Of a DNA stretch of 64,000 nucleotides, positions 13,205 to 26,485 are shown one piece after another. Below the pieces are notes generated by a model. The model had not been told where the DNA came from. It searched no databases and saw only the letters and a program-made list of their open reading frames with translations. The stretch spans positions 117,614,001 to 117,678,000 of the forward strand of contig OX597822.1 of assembly GCA_951406725.2 (NCBI GenBank), written 5' to 3'. A program made the translations under genes and the position numbers. Source of the stretch: Octopus vulgaris. Lineage: Eukaryota. The number at the start of each line of letters is the position of its first letter. The first letter of the stretch is position 1.

Positions 13205-14120
13205 TGTATGAAATTTATACACGGAGAGAAGACTACTATGTGGTCTTCTTACATGCTAAAAATGGCAGTCAATATCCCAAAGCACGAAAGAACATTCTTA
13301 TTTAGAGCACTTTGATTGTAAGCGAGCAGGACAATTTGAAAGAATTAAAATATCAGTTAATTCTATACTCCAAAGTTTCAGAATTAATGATTAAATAACT
13401 CAATTAATTAATCAATCAATTGATAAATTAACCATCCGTGGATCTCCAGTAGAATCGCTGGGACTTATAATTATAAAACTCGAATACGTACCGAAACAGA
13501 AAGGAAACACGTGCATACTGAATTTCATCGTTACATGCTAGACACTGGTATAAATGATTATTTTTGATAATTCTCACCCTTTATATTTATATTTAAATAT
13601 TTTAATTCTTGAGTCGAAATTATATTCACTGCTGTATTATTCTGGTTCAGCCCGATGATTGAGGTCGTTTGATTTGAATTCTTGATGTGTAACGAGGAAA
13701 TTCAGTAAGCACGTGTTTCCTTTCTGTTTCGGTTCGTATTCGAGTTTTATAATTATAAGTCCCAGCGATTCTACTGAAGATACACGGATGATTAATTTAT
13801 AAATTGATTGGTTAGTTAATTGATTTAATTAATCATTAATGATGAAACTTCGGAGTATACAATTAACTGATATTTTAATTCTTTCAAACTGCCCTGCTCG
13901 CTTACATTCAATGTGCTCTAAATAAGAATTTTCTTTCATTGTTTGGGATTTTGACTGTCCTTTTTAGCTTGTAAGAAGACCACATTGTGATCTTCTCTCT
14001 GTGTATGAATTTATACACTCATATATATTGTAAAAATGTATATGCCTACTGACATTTTTCTACGCATGCTGGCTACTGGTATAAATTATCATTTCTAATA
14101 ATGTTTACCCTTTATATTTA
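13195..14120 (+). mobile_element. PLE-type terminal repeat with an inverted 5' copy
   Basis: ~340-bp inverted arms at 13195-13535 and 13688-14027; 13537-13590 is a direct repeat of 14068-14120; flanked by (TA)n and (CA)n. Confidence 0.8.
13769..13862 (+). ncRNA. Type I hammerhead motif (mirror copy at 13361-13455 on minus strand)
   Basis: TTCTA-CTGAAGA-long AT hairpin-GAAAC-TTCGGA-GTA-TA(C/G)AA; the mirror copy has a perfect stem I TTCTA/TAGAA. Confidence 0.6.
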
Positions 14121-14152
14121 CACACACACGCACACACACACGCACACACACG

Positions 14153-14203
<51 letters not shown>

Positions 14204-14339
14204 ACACACACATGCATACACATGTATTTATATGCGTATAGATGAAAATGTGTATGTATACGCACACACAAACGAGCATATTCTAGAGTATTATCCGTCG
14301 TGTAACGGGTAAGTTTGGAAATATATTTTTGTCACCATA

Positions 14340-15290
14340 GGTTACATCAGGAATTCCTCAACCTGCAGAGGCTACAAATCAAGATCAAGGTGGAAGAGAA
14401 CTCAGTGCGTGACACCGCCACATAGCATGAACTGTTTTTTCACTGCCTGCAACTACTTTGGCATCACAATCAGTACCCAGAAGACAGAAGGCATGCACCA
14501 ACCTGCAGAATCCGTGTGTGGAACGAACTATGACTCTCAAAACGATACCAGACCTGTGAACATTGATGATGAAGTCGAAACCCGCATCGCCAAGGGAAGC
14601 TCCACATTTGAGCGGCTACGTAAATCAGCGTAGGCGAGGAGAGGCATTATGATAGTCACTAAATTGAGGGTGTACATAGGTGTACTCTCTGAACTACTAT
14701 ACGCATGCGAAACTTGGACGGTTTACGAACGTCACGCAAAAAGCTAAATCGCTTCCTCATGAACTGACTGGGAAAGTTATTGAAAAATGACTTGGCAAGT
14801 CGAGGTCCCAAACGTAGAGGTCCTCTCTCCGATTGATATGTCAAGCAATTACATACTGTTGAAGATAGCGGAGGGCAGGCCACCTTATTCGAATCGCTGA
14901 CACATGATTCACCAATAACTGTTCTACTGCGAACTGAGGGAAGACAAGCACACGCAAAATAGATAAAAAAAAAAAGCACTTCAAAGATACAAAACCTAAC
15001 TGAAGAGCTTTCAGTGACTTGTAAAACGCAAGTGCAAGATTGCTTTGCCTGGTGAAGCTGCAGCAGCAGAAGTTCCACCTCATACGAACAGAGCAGGATT
15101 GCAGGGAAATAAAGAAAAAGCGAACTGCGCATGTCCAGAACCAACTCCTCGCTTTCAGTCCCAGCAGACAACCAGAAGCCGACCTGCAGCAGAGCCCTCC
15201 GAGTACGCATCGGACACACCGTGCCCCGTGCTCTTCTTCCATGTAATATCCTTGGTCATCGTCGACAAAGACGGACGAACTAATAATAAG
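14340..15290 (+). mobile_element. RTE-clade LINE, 3' fragment
   Basis: Remnants FGITISTQKTE.MHQP, IDDEVETRIAKGSSTFERLR and LLYACETWTVY; short-repeat tail. Confidence 0.8.
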
Positions 15291-15334
15291 AATTTTACTG
15301 TTATCAAATTTCTTGGTGCTTTATGTTTTTATCT

Positions 15335-15735
15335 TATATCTTTTACTTGTTTCAGTCATTAGACTGCGGCCTTGCTGGGGCATCGCCTTGAAGAATTTTT
15401 ATTCGAATGACTCCACCCCAGTACATTTTTAAAGCCTGGTACTTATTCTATCGTACGCTTCCGCCGAACTGCTAAGTAACGGGAACGTAAACACGCTAAC
15501 ACCGGTTTACAAACGGTGGTGGAAGGACAAACATAGATACAAAGACACACATACACAGACATAAACAAATATATACGACATGCTTCTTTCAGTTTCCATC
15601 TACCAAATCCACTCACAAGACTTTTGTCGGCTCGAGGCTATGGAAGAAGACACTTGCCCAAGGTGCCACGCTGTAGGATTGAACCCGGAGCCATGAGGCT
15701 GGGAAGCAAGCTTCTTACCACGCAGCTACGCCTGC
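15335..15735 (-). mobile_element. SINE family C
   Basis: Full-length match to the family C consensus. Confidence 0.85.
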
Positions 15736-16357
15736 TTGTGCTTAATAATGAAATGAATAGTAATTTTCGAAAGAAAAATATTTATTACGTTAAAGTAAAA
15801 TTAAATTTTACACATTTCTCATTGATATAAATTTTCCCATGACTATCAACAAATTTACTCCCCCCCTCCCATTTTATCCTCCTTCCTCTTCCATCACCCC
15901 CTTTTCTGTTTCTGATTCTTACTCAGTGTGCGCATGCGTGTATAGCGTTTATTTACTCATTGACCATCACCAACCTCGCATGTACCCTTATCTTGTACTT
16001 CTAACGTCTCTTTCACTCTCTCTCTCTCTTCCCTTTTCTCTCTACGATACAAAGCCTGTAACCAACCGACCAACTTACTCTTTTTCGTTTACTTGTTTCA
16101 GTCATGTGACTGTGGCCATGCTGTAGCACCGCCTTTTAGTCGAGCAAATCGACCCCAGAACTTATTCTTTGTAAGCCTAGTACTTATTCTATCGGTCACT
16201 TTTGCCGAATCGCTAGGTGACGGGGACGTAAACACACCAGCATCGGTTGTCAAGCAATGTTGGTGGGGGGTACAAACATAGACACACAAACATATACACA
16301 CACACATACATATATAAACACATTTATACGACGAGCTTCTTTCAGTTTCCGTCTACC

Positions 16358-17933
16358 GGCACTACCACGGAATTAGCTGTCAGGAGGAAAGTAAAAAAAG
16401 TGTGACGTCAATCTGACGTCACTCGTCCACCTTCATCAAATTAAAAAACGCAAAATTATTCCGTAGAATTTATCAAATTGAATTAATTTATCAAATTAAA
16501 AAACGCAAAATCATTCCATAGAATTTATCAAATTAAAAAACGCAAAATTAATATATTTTTTGAAATTGCAAATTATTTAGAATATAAAATATAATTTTCA
16601 ACAGAGAGAATTTATCAAAATATAAAACAAATGAAGTTTGAAGTTAAGTTTAAAAATAAATGTGATACTTATGCTCTGTAGATACTTATACTCTCTAAGG
16701 TCTCAAACACATGGATATAGATGTCGAATTTGCTCCAATAACTTTCCGAATATTTCGCCCTTAAATTCATAATGCCACATGAATTCGATGAGATGGGATT
16801 GAAGTAAATTTCGGGCTGTTCCATTTTCTCTTTTGTTGCGATTCTTCACATGCTTCCATAAACATTCTATGTGGTTGGTTGTGGCAAATGTTACCGCATC
16901 ACCAAAATTTATTGAATGATTTACGGTCAAATGCCTATATCCCAGCTGATTGAGCGTATTATACGAACGCCAGAGGTCGGAAATTATGGTTGTACCAGGC
17001 AATATACGGTCTTCTATAATTTGCAAAAGGGTGTCCGCTGCCTGATCTTCCACTGCCACTAAAAAACATCTTCTAGTATCCCTTTCCAAAGCGCCAAAAA
17101 CCCACTGCGTTTTAACCCGATGGCCAACATTATATTTTCTTCTAACAAACGCGCTTTCATCTATCTCTACAATTCGGGTTGGCCCTCCGAGCTTAATGTT
17201 TTGTGCAACATAATATTCTGCACATATATCACGGCAAAAATTTCTCCAATCTGTTACGGCTACATTTTCTATACGACATTCCTGTGCTATTCCCTTTACT
17301 AAATCTTCTTTTGCCCAATAATATAATATATCAATAATTTGTTCACACTTCAATTTACTATTTTCTAGAAATGTTTCCTTTTCTAATTGAAACCATCTTT
17401 CTACAAGGCCTTCCACATGACCATATCACTCTATCCGACAAATTTTTTTAGCTACTTCCCTCATGCTAGCTCCACATGATGTACATATTTTCTGGGTATT
17501 TAAAAGTCCATGCATCTTAAGCCAATTAATACTATCTGCTGTTGTAGCGGTGGCGATGGCAATATCGCGGTGATTAATTCCTTTTACACTTTCGGTGGTG
17601 GTAGTGGTGGTCATTAGTGGTCATTGGTCATGCTGATTGGTGTATGTGATCGCGGTGGTGGTCATTTGTGCAGATTTGGTGTGATTTCTTTTCTAAAAAC
17701 AATAAGGAATAATGCAAGAATATATTTATTTATAAAGTTTAAACAGAACATGGAATGAAATGTATTTATCTATAAACTTTAAACTGAACTTCAATTGTTT
17801 TATAAACCTGACAGCGTAGTGGTACGTAAATAAACGGCGTAAATTAACGAAGGTATAAACCTGACGTAAATACACGAAGTTGACGTCAGATTTTTCTACT
17901 TTCACTTCTGACAGCTAATACCATGACAGTGCC
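16358..17933 (-). mobile_element. Merlin (IS1595/ISXO2-like) DNA transposon
   Basis: ~54-bp imperfect TIRs starting GGCACT; 8-bp TSD CGTCTACC at 16350-16357 and 17934-17941; internal tandem repeats at 16437-16552. Confidence 0.92.
16703..17614 (-). pseudogene. Merlin/ISXO2-like DDE transposase with N-terminal Zn-ribbon, broken by two compensating frameshifts
   Basis: Motifs VEIDES, RKYNVG, WVFG, GTTIISDLWRSY, HLTVNHS, TNHIECLW; CTSC upstream; an alternative frame at ~17370-17445 reads DRVIWSCGRPCRKMVSIRKG. Confidence 0.88.
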
Positions 17934-18543
17934 CGTCTACCAAATCAACTCACAAGGCTTTGGTCGGCCCGAGGCTATAGTAGAAGACACTTGCCCAAGG
18001 TACCACGCAGTGGGACTGAACCCGGAACCATTTGGTTCGTAAGCACACAGCCACTCCTACGCCTATCAACTAACTTTCTTTATGTTGGCTATTATTAAAC
18101 AGAAATACATAAAACGTGATTCCTGCAATCAGATCTCAAATTCTAAGACCATAGTATAACCGCCGACCTTGACGGCATTGGCTGGGTGGGACAACTTGGT
18201 GAAGAAGTTCACATCTAGAATTATATTGCAGTTGTTGCTTAGCTCCAAATCCAAATTAACTCTGCTTAAAGACATTTTAGGCGCGACAATTTTGCCTTCA
18301 TCCAGATTTAGTATAACAAGAACTACCTTCTTTAATGTAAGCTTTCTTTTTTAAGACGCTATTATGAGATTTCAAGAAGAATTTGGTGTTATTTGTATCA
18401 GGTTTAGGTCAAAGAACCACATACGTTCTTCCATTACAAATCAGGTGAATTTTGCTTGAGGTAGTTTATTAGCAACCGAGAAGAGGGATCGTCTCGTATG
18501 TTGTTACAAGGGGTTCATTAATATATAATTGCATATATGCACA

Positions 18544-18579
<36 letters not shown>

Positions 18580-19949
18580 CTTACTATATTTATGCATTTA
18601 TTTATATATACGTGTGTGCGCGTGTGTGTGTGTACACACATACATACTTAAACATACATATATGCATGTATACCTACGTTCAGGCGTACATATACGTACA
18701 CATACATAAATACATGCATGCATACATGCATACATACATGCATACATGCATACATACATGCATACATGCATACATACATGCATACATGTGCTGGTAATTA
18801 TTGTGTATGCGCGTATGTGCGTTCGCGCATACGCATTTATGTATATATATATATATATATCTACACATACTCAAGTCTACATGTTAACACACCTGTATAC
18901 TAATCACAGCATATCCAATAAATTCGCGAGGCAAACAGGATGTAATTTCTACCCGTAATGCAAGGTGTTGCAGCGTTAACTACAAACGAGTTTCTTGCTA
19001 CCCTGTCCTTCCAGTGTTTCTATCCTGCCTATACGTACACAGAGTAAGTGCAGTTGCTATTAATTTGGTTGAGAAATCTTAGCTTCTATCATTCTTCTCG
19101 ACTCGGTTAAGGCACGCAACGCTGAGTGTATATTAAGAAGTCACTGTAGTTGTTTTCTGGTGGAGGCTTTGAAACCTACCTCGGCGTTTGGTTCATGATA
19201 TTACTTCAGTCTATAAGGCTGATGATATTGCCATGTAATTAACTTTTACGATGTTATTTTTTTTTTATTGAGTAACATGTGGTACATGTCGTTAGTGAAG
19301 AATGTTTTATGAAGAATGCCAGAATTTTATGGTTATGTGGGAAGCTACATATATAATACAGGGCGGATTGATTTTTCTTATGCCTTGTTCATATTCCAGT
19401 TTCTCTTTAAATACGCTTTTCTCCAACGAAATTTTATGACAACATGCAGTTCTATTAAATACTATTTTGTCGGAAGATGTATTGGATATTCTTTTCCTAA
19501 TGTTTATGGCTATACTTTTTATTATCGTAGGAGGTAGATTAGAACCCCTGTTAATGTGTTCTTTTGAGTTGCTACAAGAATGCTGTTTATCCGTAATAGG
19601 GCGTAATATAACGACTGAAAAGGTAATATTGCATTCTAACAGTATTCTAAGGTTAAAGTTTTTAAAACGACTCTATTAGGATTTTCTACCTTTTTCTACT
19701 CCTGTTGGCCGTTCAAATCATGGGAAAATGTTAATCCGTCATCAGCGTACGTACCTGTATATGAAAAACTGAAACTGTTTTTGATCCACTAAAACATTCA
19801 CTAAGGCCAATGGTTCAAGGGATAGTTGTCTGCCGAATTGAGAAAGTAATTCTGAATTTTAAAGTAGTTTAGAAATGAGCGATAAGAATTCTACAATCTT
19901 TTAAAGTATATTTTTGAAGTTTTGATTACTGCTGCACTGCTATTCTATT

Positions 19950-21150
19950 GCGCATGGTTCGTTTAATTTCTGAATTGATAACGTCACGGTCGTGCATGTT
20001 TCCTGTAAAAGTGTTTGCTTGTTGAGGATCTGATTTCAGGTAGTCTTACACATGATTAGACATCCTATTTTCTACTCCGTCTTGTACGAATATGTTTGTT
20101 CCATGATTACAAATTCTATAATTAAACAACACAATGTTTTTAGCATTTTTCTTTCATTAGTTGCTTTAGGCAATATGATAATTCCTGTTTGTTTTGTTAA
20201 ACGATATGATTACGTAACTATTTTTTATTGTACAAGAGACACATTTTTAGAGGTGTTACAGCCTATTAAATCTATTCTAGTCCACCAGGACTTGTACTTA
20301 ATTTTTTCAGCTTAAGGACAATGCTTTAAAACTTTGGCACAAAGTCAGTAATTTATTGGGAGGATGTAATTAGTTGATTGCATTGAGTCCAGTACTTCAC
20401 TGATACTTATTTTATCGACCGGAAGGATAAAAGGTAAAGTCGATCTCGGCGGAATTTAGACTCAAAACTCAGAAAGTGCTGGAAAAATGCTACTAAGCAA
20501 TTTGTCCGCCGCGCTAACGATTCTGCCATCTCGCCACCGATCACCTCTAAAATAACAAGATAAATCAGATCGTAAAACTAAATGTAAAAGAAAGAAATTA
20601 ACACAGTGCAAAGCGCTCTATATATTTTGCTATCTCTCGTCTCAATATTATTGTTAAATAATGTATGATAGTAATCGATTTTACATTAATTATCACAGAC
20701 AATTTAGAAGTGGCCATTTCGATTAATTTTACACATATGTTGCGCTTGGTAGAAGAGGCGTGGCAGACTCCACGAACTTTGGAGGTCTGTGGAATGTGGT
20801 GATATTTTTGTGGCTGATGTTCAGCTTGGACATTTGTAGAACAATCTCTGAAATTCAAACACAGGTTGAGAGGAATTCCGAAAAGGTTCTCGTGCTGGGA
20901 AAGTTAGATCTGGAGATAGTTTAGTGCAACGCGCAGGTTGCGGCACACAGTAAGGTTGATATGAAAATGGTATATCGGACGTAGCAAAGTGAAGTGGGTA
21001 TACGACTAGCTTGTTCAGAACAGAGGCCATTGTAGAGGCGGTAAATAATAAACCTGAGAAAACATTATATTTGTGAGAAAGAGTATGTTGTATGTTGATG
21101 AGCAAGTCTTTGCGAATAAGCCTGAAGAATTTCGTTTAGATACGATCTCT
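19950..21150 (-). mobile_element. Highly decayed PLE-like RT-thumb/GIY-YIG remnant
   Basis: Weak translated remnants (RLYNGLCSE, NIV..C..RMSNH, STSKHFYRKH); interrupted by a decayed family B SINE at 20340-20537. Confidence 0.3.
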
Positions 21151-21202
21151 GTGTGTGTATGTAGCTGACGCAACAGTACTGTTCATTATATGAGTGCAGA
21201 AT

Positions 21203-21435
21203 ATGGCGGCGAGCTGGCAGAATCGTTAGCACGCCGGGCGAAATGCTTAGCAGTATTTCGTCTGCCGCTACGTTCTGAGTTCAAATTCCGCCGAGGTCGA
21301 CTTTGCTTTTCATCCTTTCGGGGTCGATAAATAAAGTACCAATTTTGCACTGGGGTCGATGTAATCGACTTAATCCCTTTGTCTGTCTTTGTTTGTCCCC
21401 TCTATATTTAGCCCCTTGTGGGCAGTAAAGAAATA
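21203..21435 (+). mobile_element. SINE family B with 16-bp TSD
   Basis: TATATGAGTGCAGAAT at 21187-21202 and 21436-21451. Confidence 0.9.
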
Positions 21436-21951
21436 TATATGAGTGCAGAATTCTAATTATAAAAAAGTAAAACAATCAGTGATCAGGTTTGAAGTGTTTT
21501 CTGTCTTGACATTCAGTTTTGGTGATACTCTAAAGAGGTCATTCGAGTTTTAAGGGTGTTATTCATACGTTACGAAAATGACAAAATATGCTACAGTAGT
21601 GGGGTCTGGATGGTAATTTCTAATCCAAGGAAGGTTGAAAATCTTAGGTGGGTAGCTTTGCTAGGAGGATACCAAAGAGTTTACAGATGACAAATGCAGG
21701 AATAACATTATGTTCGATGAAGTTTTCCACTGCTAAAAACTGCTGATGAGTGGTGTAAAGAACAAGTTTCTCGCCCGTTTTATATCAGCTTTTCTGGTGA
21801 CACCGAGGAATTAAACAAGCTCATAGAAAAAATATGAAAGTAATTAAATATTTCCAGCATTTTTGAGATGCTGGAAGTGGAAAACGCAGATCGGTACTTT
21901 TCAGGGTTAGAAATGTTTTGTCTCAGAGATTAGGATATATTTTGGTGGAAC

Positions 21952-22028
<77 letters not shown>

Positions 22029-22613
22029 TAGAGAGAGAGAGAGAGATCGAAAAGTATGAAACGTATAAGAGCTAGCCCTGGAGCGTATTGTTTGAAGAGG
22101 GGTATATTATCAGGAGGGATTGTTTTATTGGTTGAGATGAACGTAACAAATATTACACGAATCGTGAGCCTTGTGTAGAAAGGGAGGAGAAAAATTTGGG
22201 ATGAATTTTATTGAGTGCAACTGTGTGAAGCTGGAAGTAAAGCGAGAAGAACATGTGGAGGTTGATTCTGATGTTTAGAGTCAGTTAAAATTTGCATAAA
22301 GGTAAATGACTGACTGAAGGCACTAAAATCCTGATGCTTGATGTGACAATTTGATTGAGGACGGTTCACTCGGTACATTGGATACAGATACAGTGACCAC
22401 TGGGTAAAGACAATCTTGAGAGGCGAGAAAGAGTTTATGGATATTTCAGGAGAAGCTCAGAGAGACGAATAGAGAATGACACAAAATGGTTTGGGCTACT
22501 CTCATTGGCAAATGATTAGTCTTCTGTGTGGAAGGATTGGAGACAGGCAAGAAAAGTTTGCATTAAAAGAGTTAAGATAGGTTAAAAGTCTTGAAAGAAG
22601 GTAGGGTGAGAGC

Positions 22614-22670
<57 letters not shown>

Positions 22671-23189
22671 TAGGCATGACCATCATGTTATTTTGGACAT
22701 AAGAAATTACAGTGTCCAATACATCACTTTTTTATATTATTGAAACGGTAGAGTGTGATTTGAAAGAGATTTGGCAACAATTTCTTGGCTACTATTTCTA
22801 GCAGTTCTAGCAACCCCTTAGAAGCTTCTTTGTTTCAAGAGATTTAGCTACTAACGCTAGTCAACCAAGCGAACCTGTACAAGTTCTATTGTGGGCTAGT
22901 CCCTATTACTGTGTTTAATATAACTATATTGTCTTTGCATATTTAAAGCCTTTCATACTCTTTGTGTTTTTGTTATCGTAACAATGAGGATTTAGAAACT
23001 CCCGACAAAATGGTTTGACCGCTCGGACAAAATCCCTTATGCTCTGTATTCAACACACCGTCAATGTTAATTCTGCCCTTCAATCTCTTCGGTGTTCAAT
23101 AAGATAGTACTAATCATGACCTAGGGGCGATTAAATCGACCGTTCTTCCCACCTGGTCTTGGTCGTAATATTCGATTGGTAACGCAACT

Positions 23190-24163
23190 TCAAAGGCCGA
23201 AGTGACAAACTTATAACAGCTAGTCACATCCTTCATATTTAAACATCAAAGCACCAAAGCGTCAAAAACTTCCTGTATCTTCCATAGTCGCAAAGTATAT
23301 AACAATACCAAACAGTAAAACACAGGTCTGCTTTATTTGATCATGCCCCAGATCCGTGCACCTAGTGCTTATGTTTAGAACCGTTAATAATTTCTTTGAC
23401 AGAGTCCTGCGGGTGTTCAGCCGTCAATGGCATCAGTCTGGGTTATCTTCTAAAACTAAAGAGAAGTAAGCCACTGAAAATTGTCTGAGCTGCTCAAGCA
23501 TCGCCTATAAACAAATACGAACTATTAACCACTTTGTTTGGTTTTCTGGTGCCATCCGTGGTATCACTAACGCGGTCTTTGAAAGTGATAGGAAACTGTT
23601 AAAACTAATTGTATCATATTTGAGTAACTCTCTTCTGTGGAGAGGCATAAGTTCATAAGTCATATTTCTTATTTAATTTCCTCATAACAATCTTAGATAT
23701 TCTCATTTATTACATTATTGTCATCGGTGAATATCTTATTTCATTTTCGTAAATATTATAAATCTACTCGTATTTCACTCTACAAACGTATTCGTAATTA
23801 GTTTCAGATAATCGCTAATGAGCAATCGTACGTGAATCCGGTTTCCTCATCGTCAGTTATTACCGCATCATCTACGAGAGTTATCCGATCCCTATGATAT
23901 CGAATCTTTATCGTTATTCAGTATCGTCTTCCCAAATTATTATCACACCGACATCACCAAATTTTGATGCAAAAATGAATTGGCCGAGAGAGATCTGGTG
24001 TTGTACTTTTACATTTATCAAATCAGAAATACGTAAGTTGCCGCTTAGTTTCTGTTCTTCCCTCAAGCAAAATTAACTCCGTCCGTTCTATGCTCGTTTC
24101 CCGGCCGTTTAGGGAACAATTGGTGAAATTTCAATATCTGCACAACAGACGGGAAAGTGTTAA
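23190..24163 (-). mobile_element. Possible decayed piggyBac 5' fragment
   Basis: Ends in ...GTGTTAA; remnants AYFSLVLED and QIKQTCVLLFGIV..MED resemble the PGBD N-terminal half; weak. Confidence 0.3.
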
Positions 24164-24209
24164 ATATAATATAGCAGAAAAACTATCGTAAAAAAAGCAT
24201 CTCTGTTGT

Positions 24210-24545
24210 ATCCTCCTCCTCCCCTCCTCCTCTTCCTCCCTCCTCTTCCTCCTCCCCCTCTTCCTCCTCCTCCTCCCCTCCACTTCCTCCTCCTCCACTT
24301 CTCCTCCTCCTCCTCCTCCTCCACTTCATCCTCTTCATCATCATCATAGTTGTCATCATCTTCGTCGTTGTCTTCCTCTCCCTCTTCCTCCTCCTCCACT
24401 TCCTCCTCTTCATCATCATCATCGTTGTCATCATCTTCGTCATCGTCTTCCTCCTCCACTTCCTCCTCCACTTCCTCCTCCTCCTCCTCCTCTTCATCAT
24501 CATCATCGTTGTCATCGTAATCGTCGTCGTCATGGTCATTGTTAT
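24210..24545. repeat. (TCC/TCA/TCG)n trinucleotide mosaic
   Basis: Read directly; it is the source of the poly-D/E ORF. Confidence 0.95.
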
Positions 24546-24549
24546 TATA

Positions 24550-25933
24550 TGAAAACTCACAGCTTATTTTGCTGGGTATGATGGAAAGTGTCAGCCGTCC
24601 ACAGCCAGCTGACGAAGGTGACACTTGTTTACTGGTCAGGCTTCAAGAATTCTTGCAGTTCCAAGCAATACTGGTTTTTGTAGGTGTTCTACCTTCACAC
24701 TTGCACCAGTCTTTTTCATCCATGTTGGTAGCTGTGTGCTGATACTTTCAAGTACACCATTGGTATCACGTCTACACTCTTCATTGACCACAACCTTCGT
24801 ACTTCCCACTTTAAATCGTTGCAGTTGTTTATTTTTTCTTCTTCTTTCACATTGATCTTGTTGTAAACCAGGGCATGCTAGGTCGATAATCATGCATGTT
24901 CTTTCTTTTTTATTCACCACAACAATGTCCGGTTTCCAAAGTCTGGTCAGGTGATCACTCTAGATCATTACATCCCACAGGATTTTGCAGTTCTCATTTT
25001 CGGTAACTCCTGGGGTTTTCTCATACCACGTCTTTGCTCTTTGTAGGCCCTGATTTCCATAGAGCTCCCAATGGATCATTCTTGTCACATTGTCATAGCG
25101 TCGTTTGCGTTCGCGTTGTGCCAATTTCGGACATTCGCTATCGACGTGCCATACCGTTTTTTTTTCTTTGTTCATATCTTGTTTAAATCTTCCTTCAGTT
25201 ACACAAATTTCAGTTTTGATGACGCCAGCCTTTTTCGTGTGTTTCATCAGTGGCTCCTCATCGTTTATTATATACCACCCTAGGCTGTTTTCCTCTGCTT
25301 CGATACAGTCAAGGCAACTGATCAAACCTCCCCCACTCTTTATTTTGGACAAGTATAGCCAATCAGTTTCACTCTTAGGGTGGAGGCTCCGTGTACTGTC
25401 AACATTTTTCTGGGCATGGTATCCATTTTCTTCGTTTCTCTCTTTTGCCATTTTATAATTCCTGCTCCATACCGAGGTGATGCTAACTGCTTGGATTTTT
25501 TTTCCATCCAGTCACTTTTGAGCGCAGCACCAACCCCAGTCTTCAGAAATACTCCATCCTTAGTTGCTCTTTCATTTCCTTTTCCATTATCACGCTGCAC
25601 TCTATTGCACCAAGGTATTTGTATCTTTCCGTTTCAATTTGCTTAATCAAGTCTCTCTACTCAGTAATGCTATCCCTGCTACGGACTATACCTTGCCCCT
25701 TTTTAGGTAGGTTACTCCGCACTTCTTGAGTCCAAATTCCATTCTAATATCAGTACTAAAACAGTGGGCCATGTTCACCAAGGAACTCACTTGTGTCTCA
25801 TCTTTGCCATACAGTTTCAAATTGGGATTTTTCCTTTAGTTGGTAACCCAGGTTCATTTTCCTGAGTACCAAAGTCAGAGGTATCATGCAGATAACGAAA
25901 AGCAACGGAGATAGGCTGTCACCCTGGAAGATC
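24550..25933 (-). mobile_element. R4/Dong-type (restriction-like endonuclease, RLE) LINE, 5'-truncated
   Basis: IFQGDSLSPLLFVICMIPL at the 5' end; SECPKLAQ..RYDNV..IHWEL; KILWD..PDIVVVNKK..CMIIDLACP; 5' end abuts (TAA)n. Confidence 0.85.
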
Positions 25934-26341
<408 letters not shown>

Positions 26342-26382
26342 ATTATTATTATTATTAGTAGTAGTAGTAGTAGTAGTAGTAT

Positions 26383-26462
<80 letters not shown>

Positions 26463-26485
26463 TTATTATTATTATTATTATTATT

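Larger units (their letters stand above)
16080..18063 (-). mobile_element. SINE family C split by the Merlin insertion
   Basis: SINE sequence stops at 16357 and resumes at 17934. Confidence 0.85.

Noticed and set aside
16437-16552. Short spaced direct repeats, superficially CRISPR-like
   Set aside because: Subterminal tandem repeats inside the Merlin element; no unique spacers, no cas genes, eukaryotic context.
19690-19760. CTGATGA on the minus strand downstream of the decayed PLE remnant
   Set aside because: No intact GAAA/stem III or stem I partner; the CTGATGA hits at ~5353, 6961 and 21743 fail in the same way.
24160-24624. Acidic poly-D/E ORF
   Set aside because: Trinucleotide mosaic downstream of a LINE 3' end; no splice or homology support.
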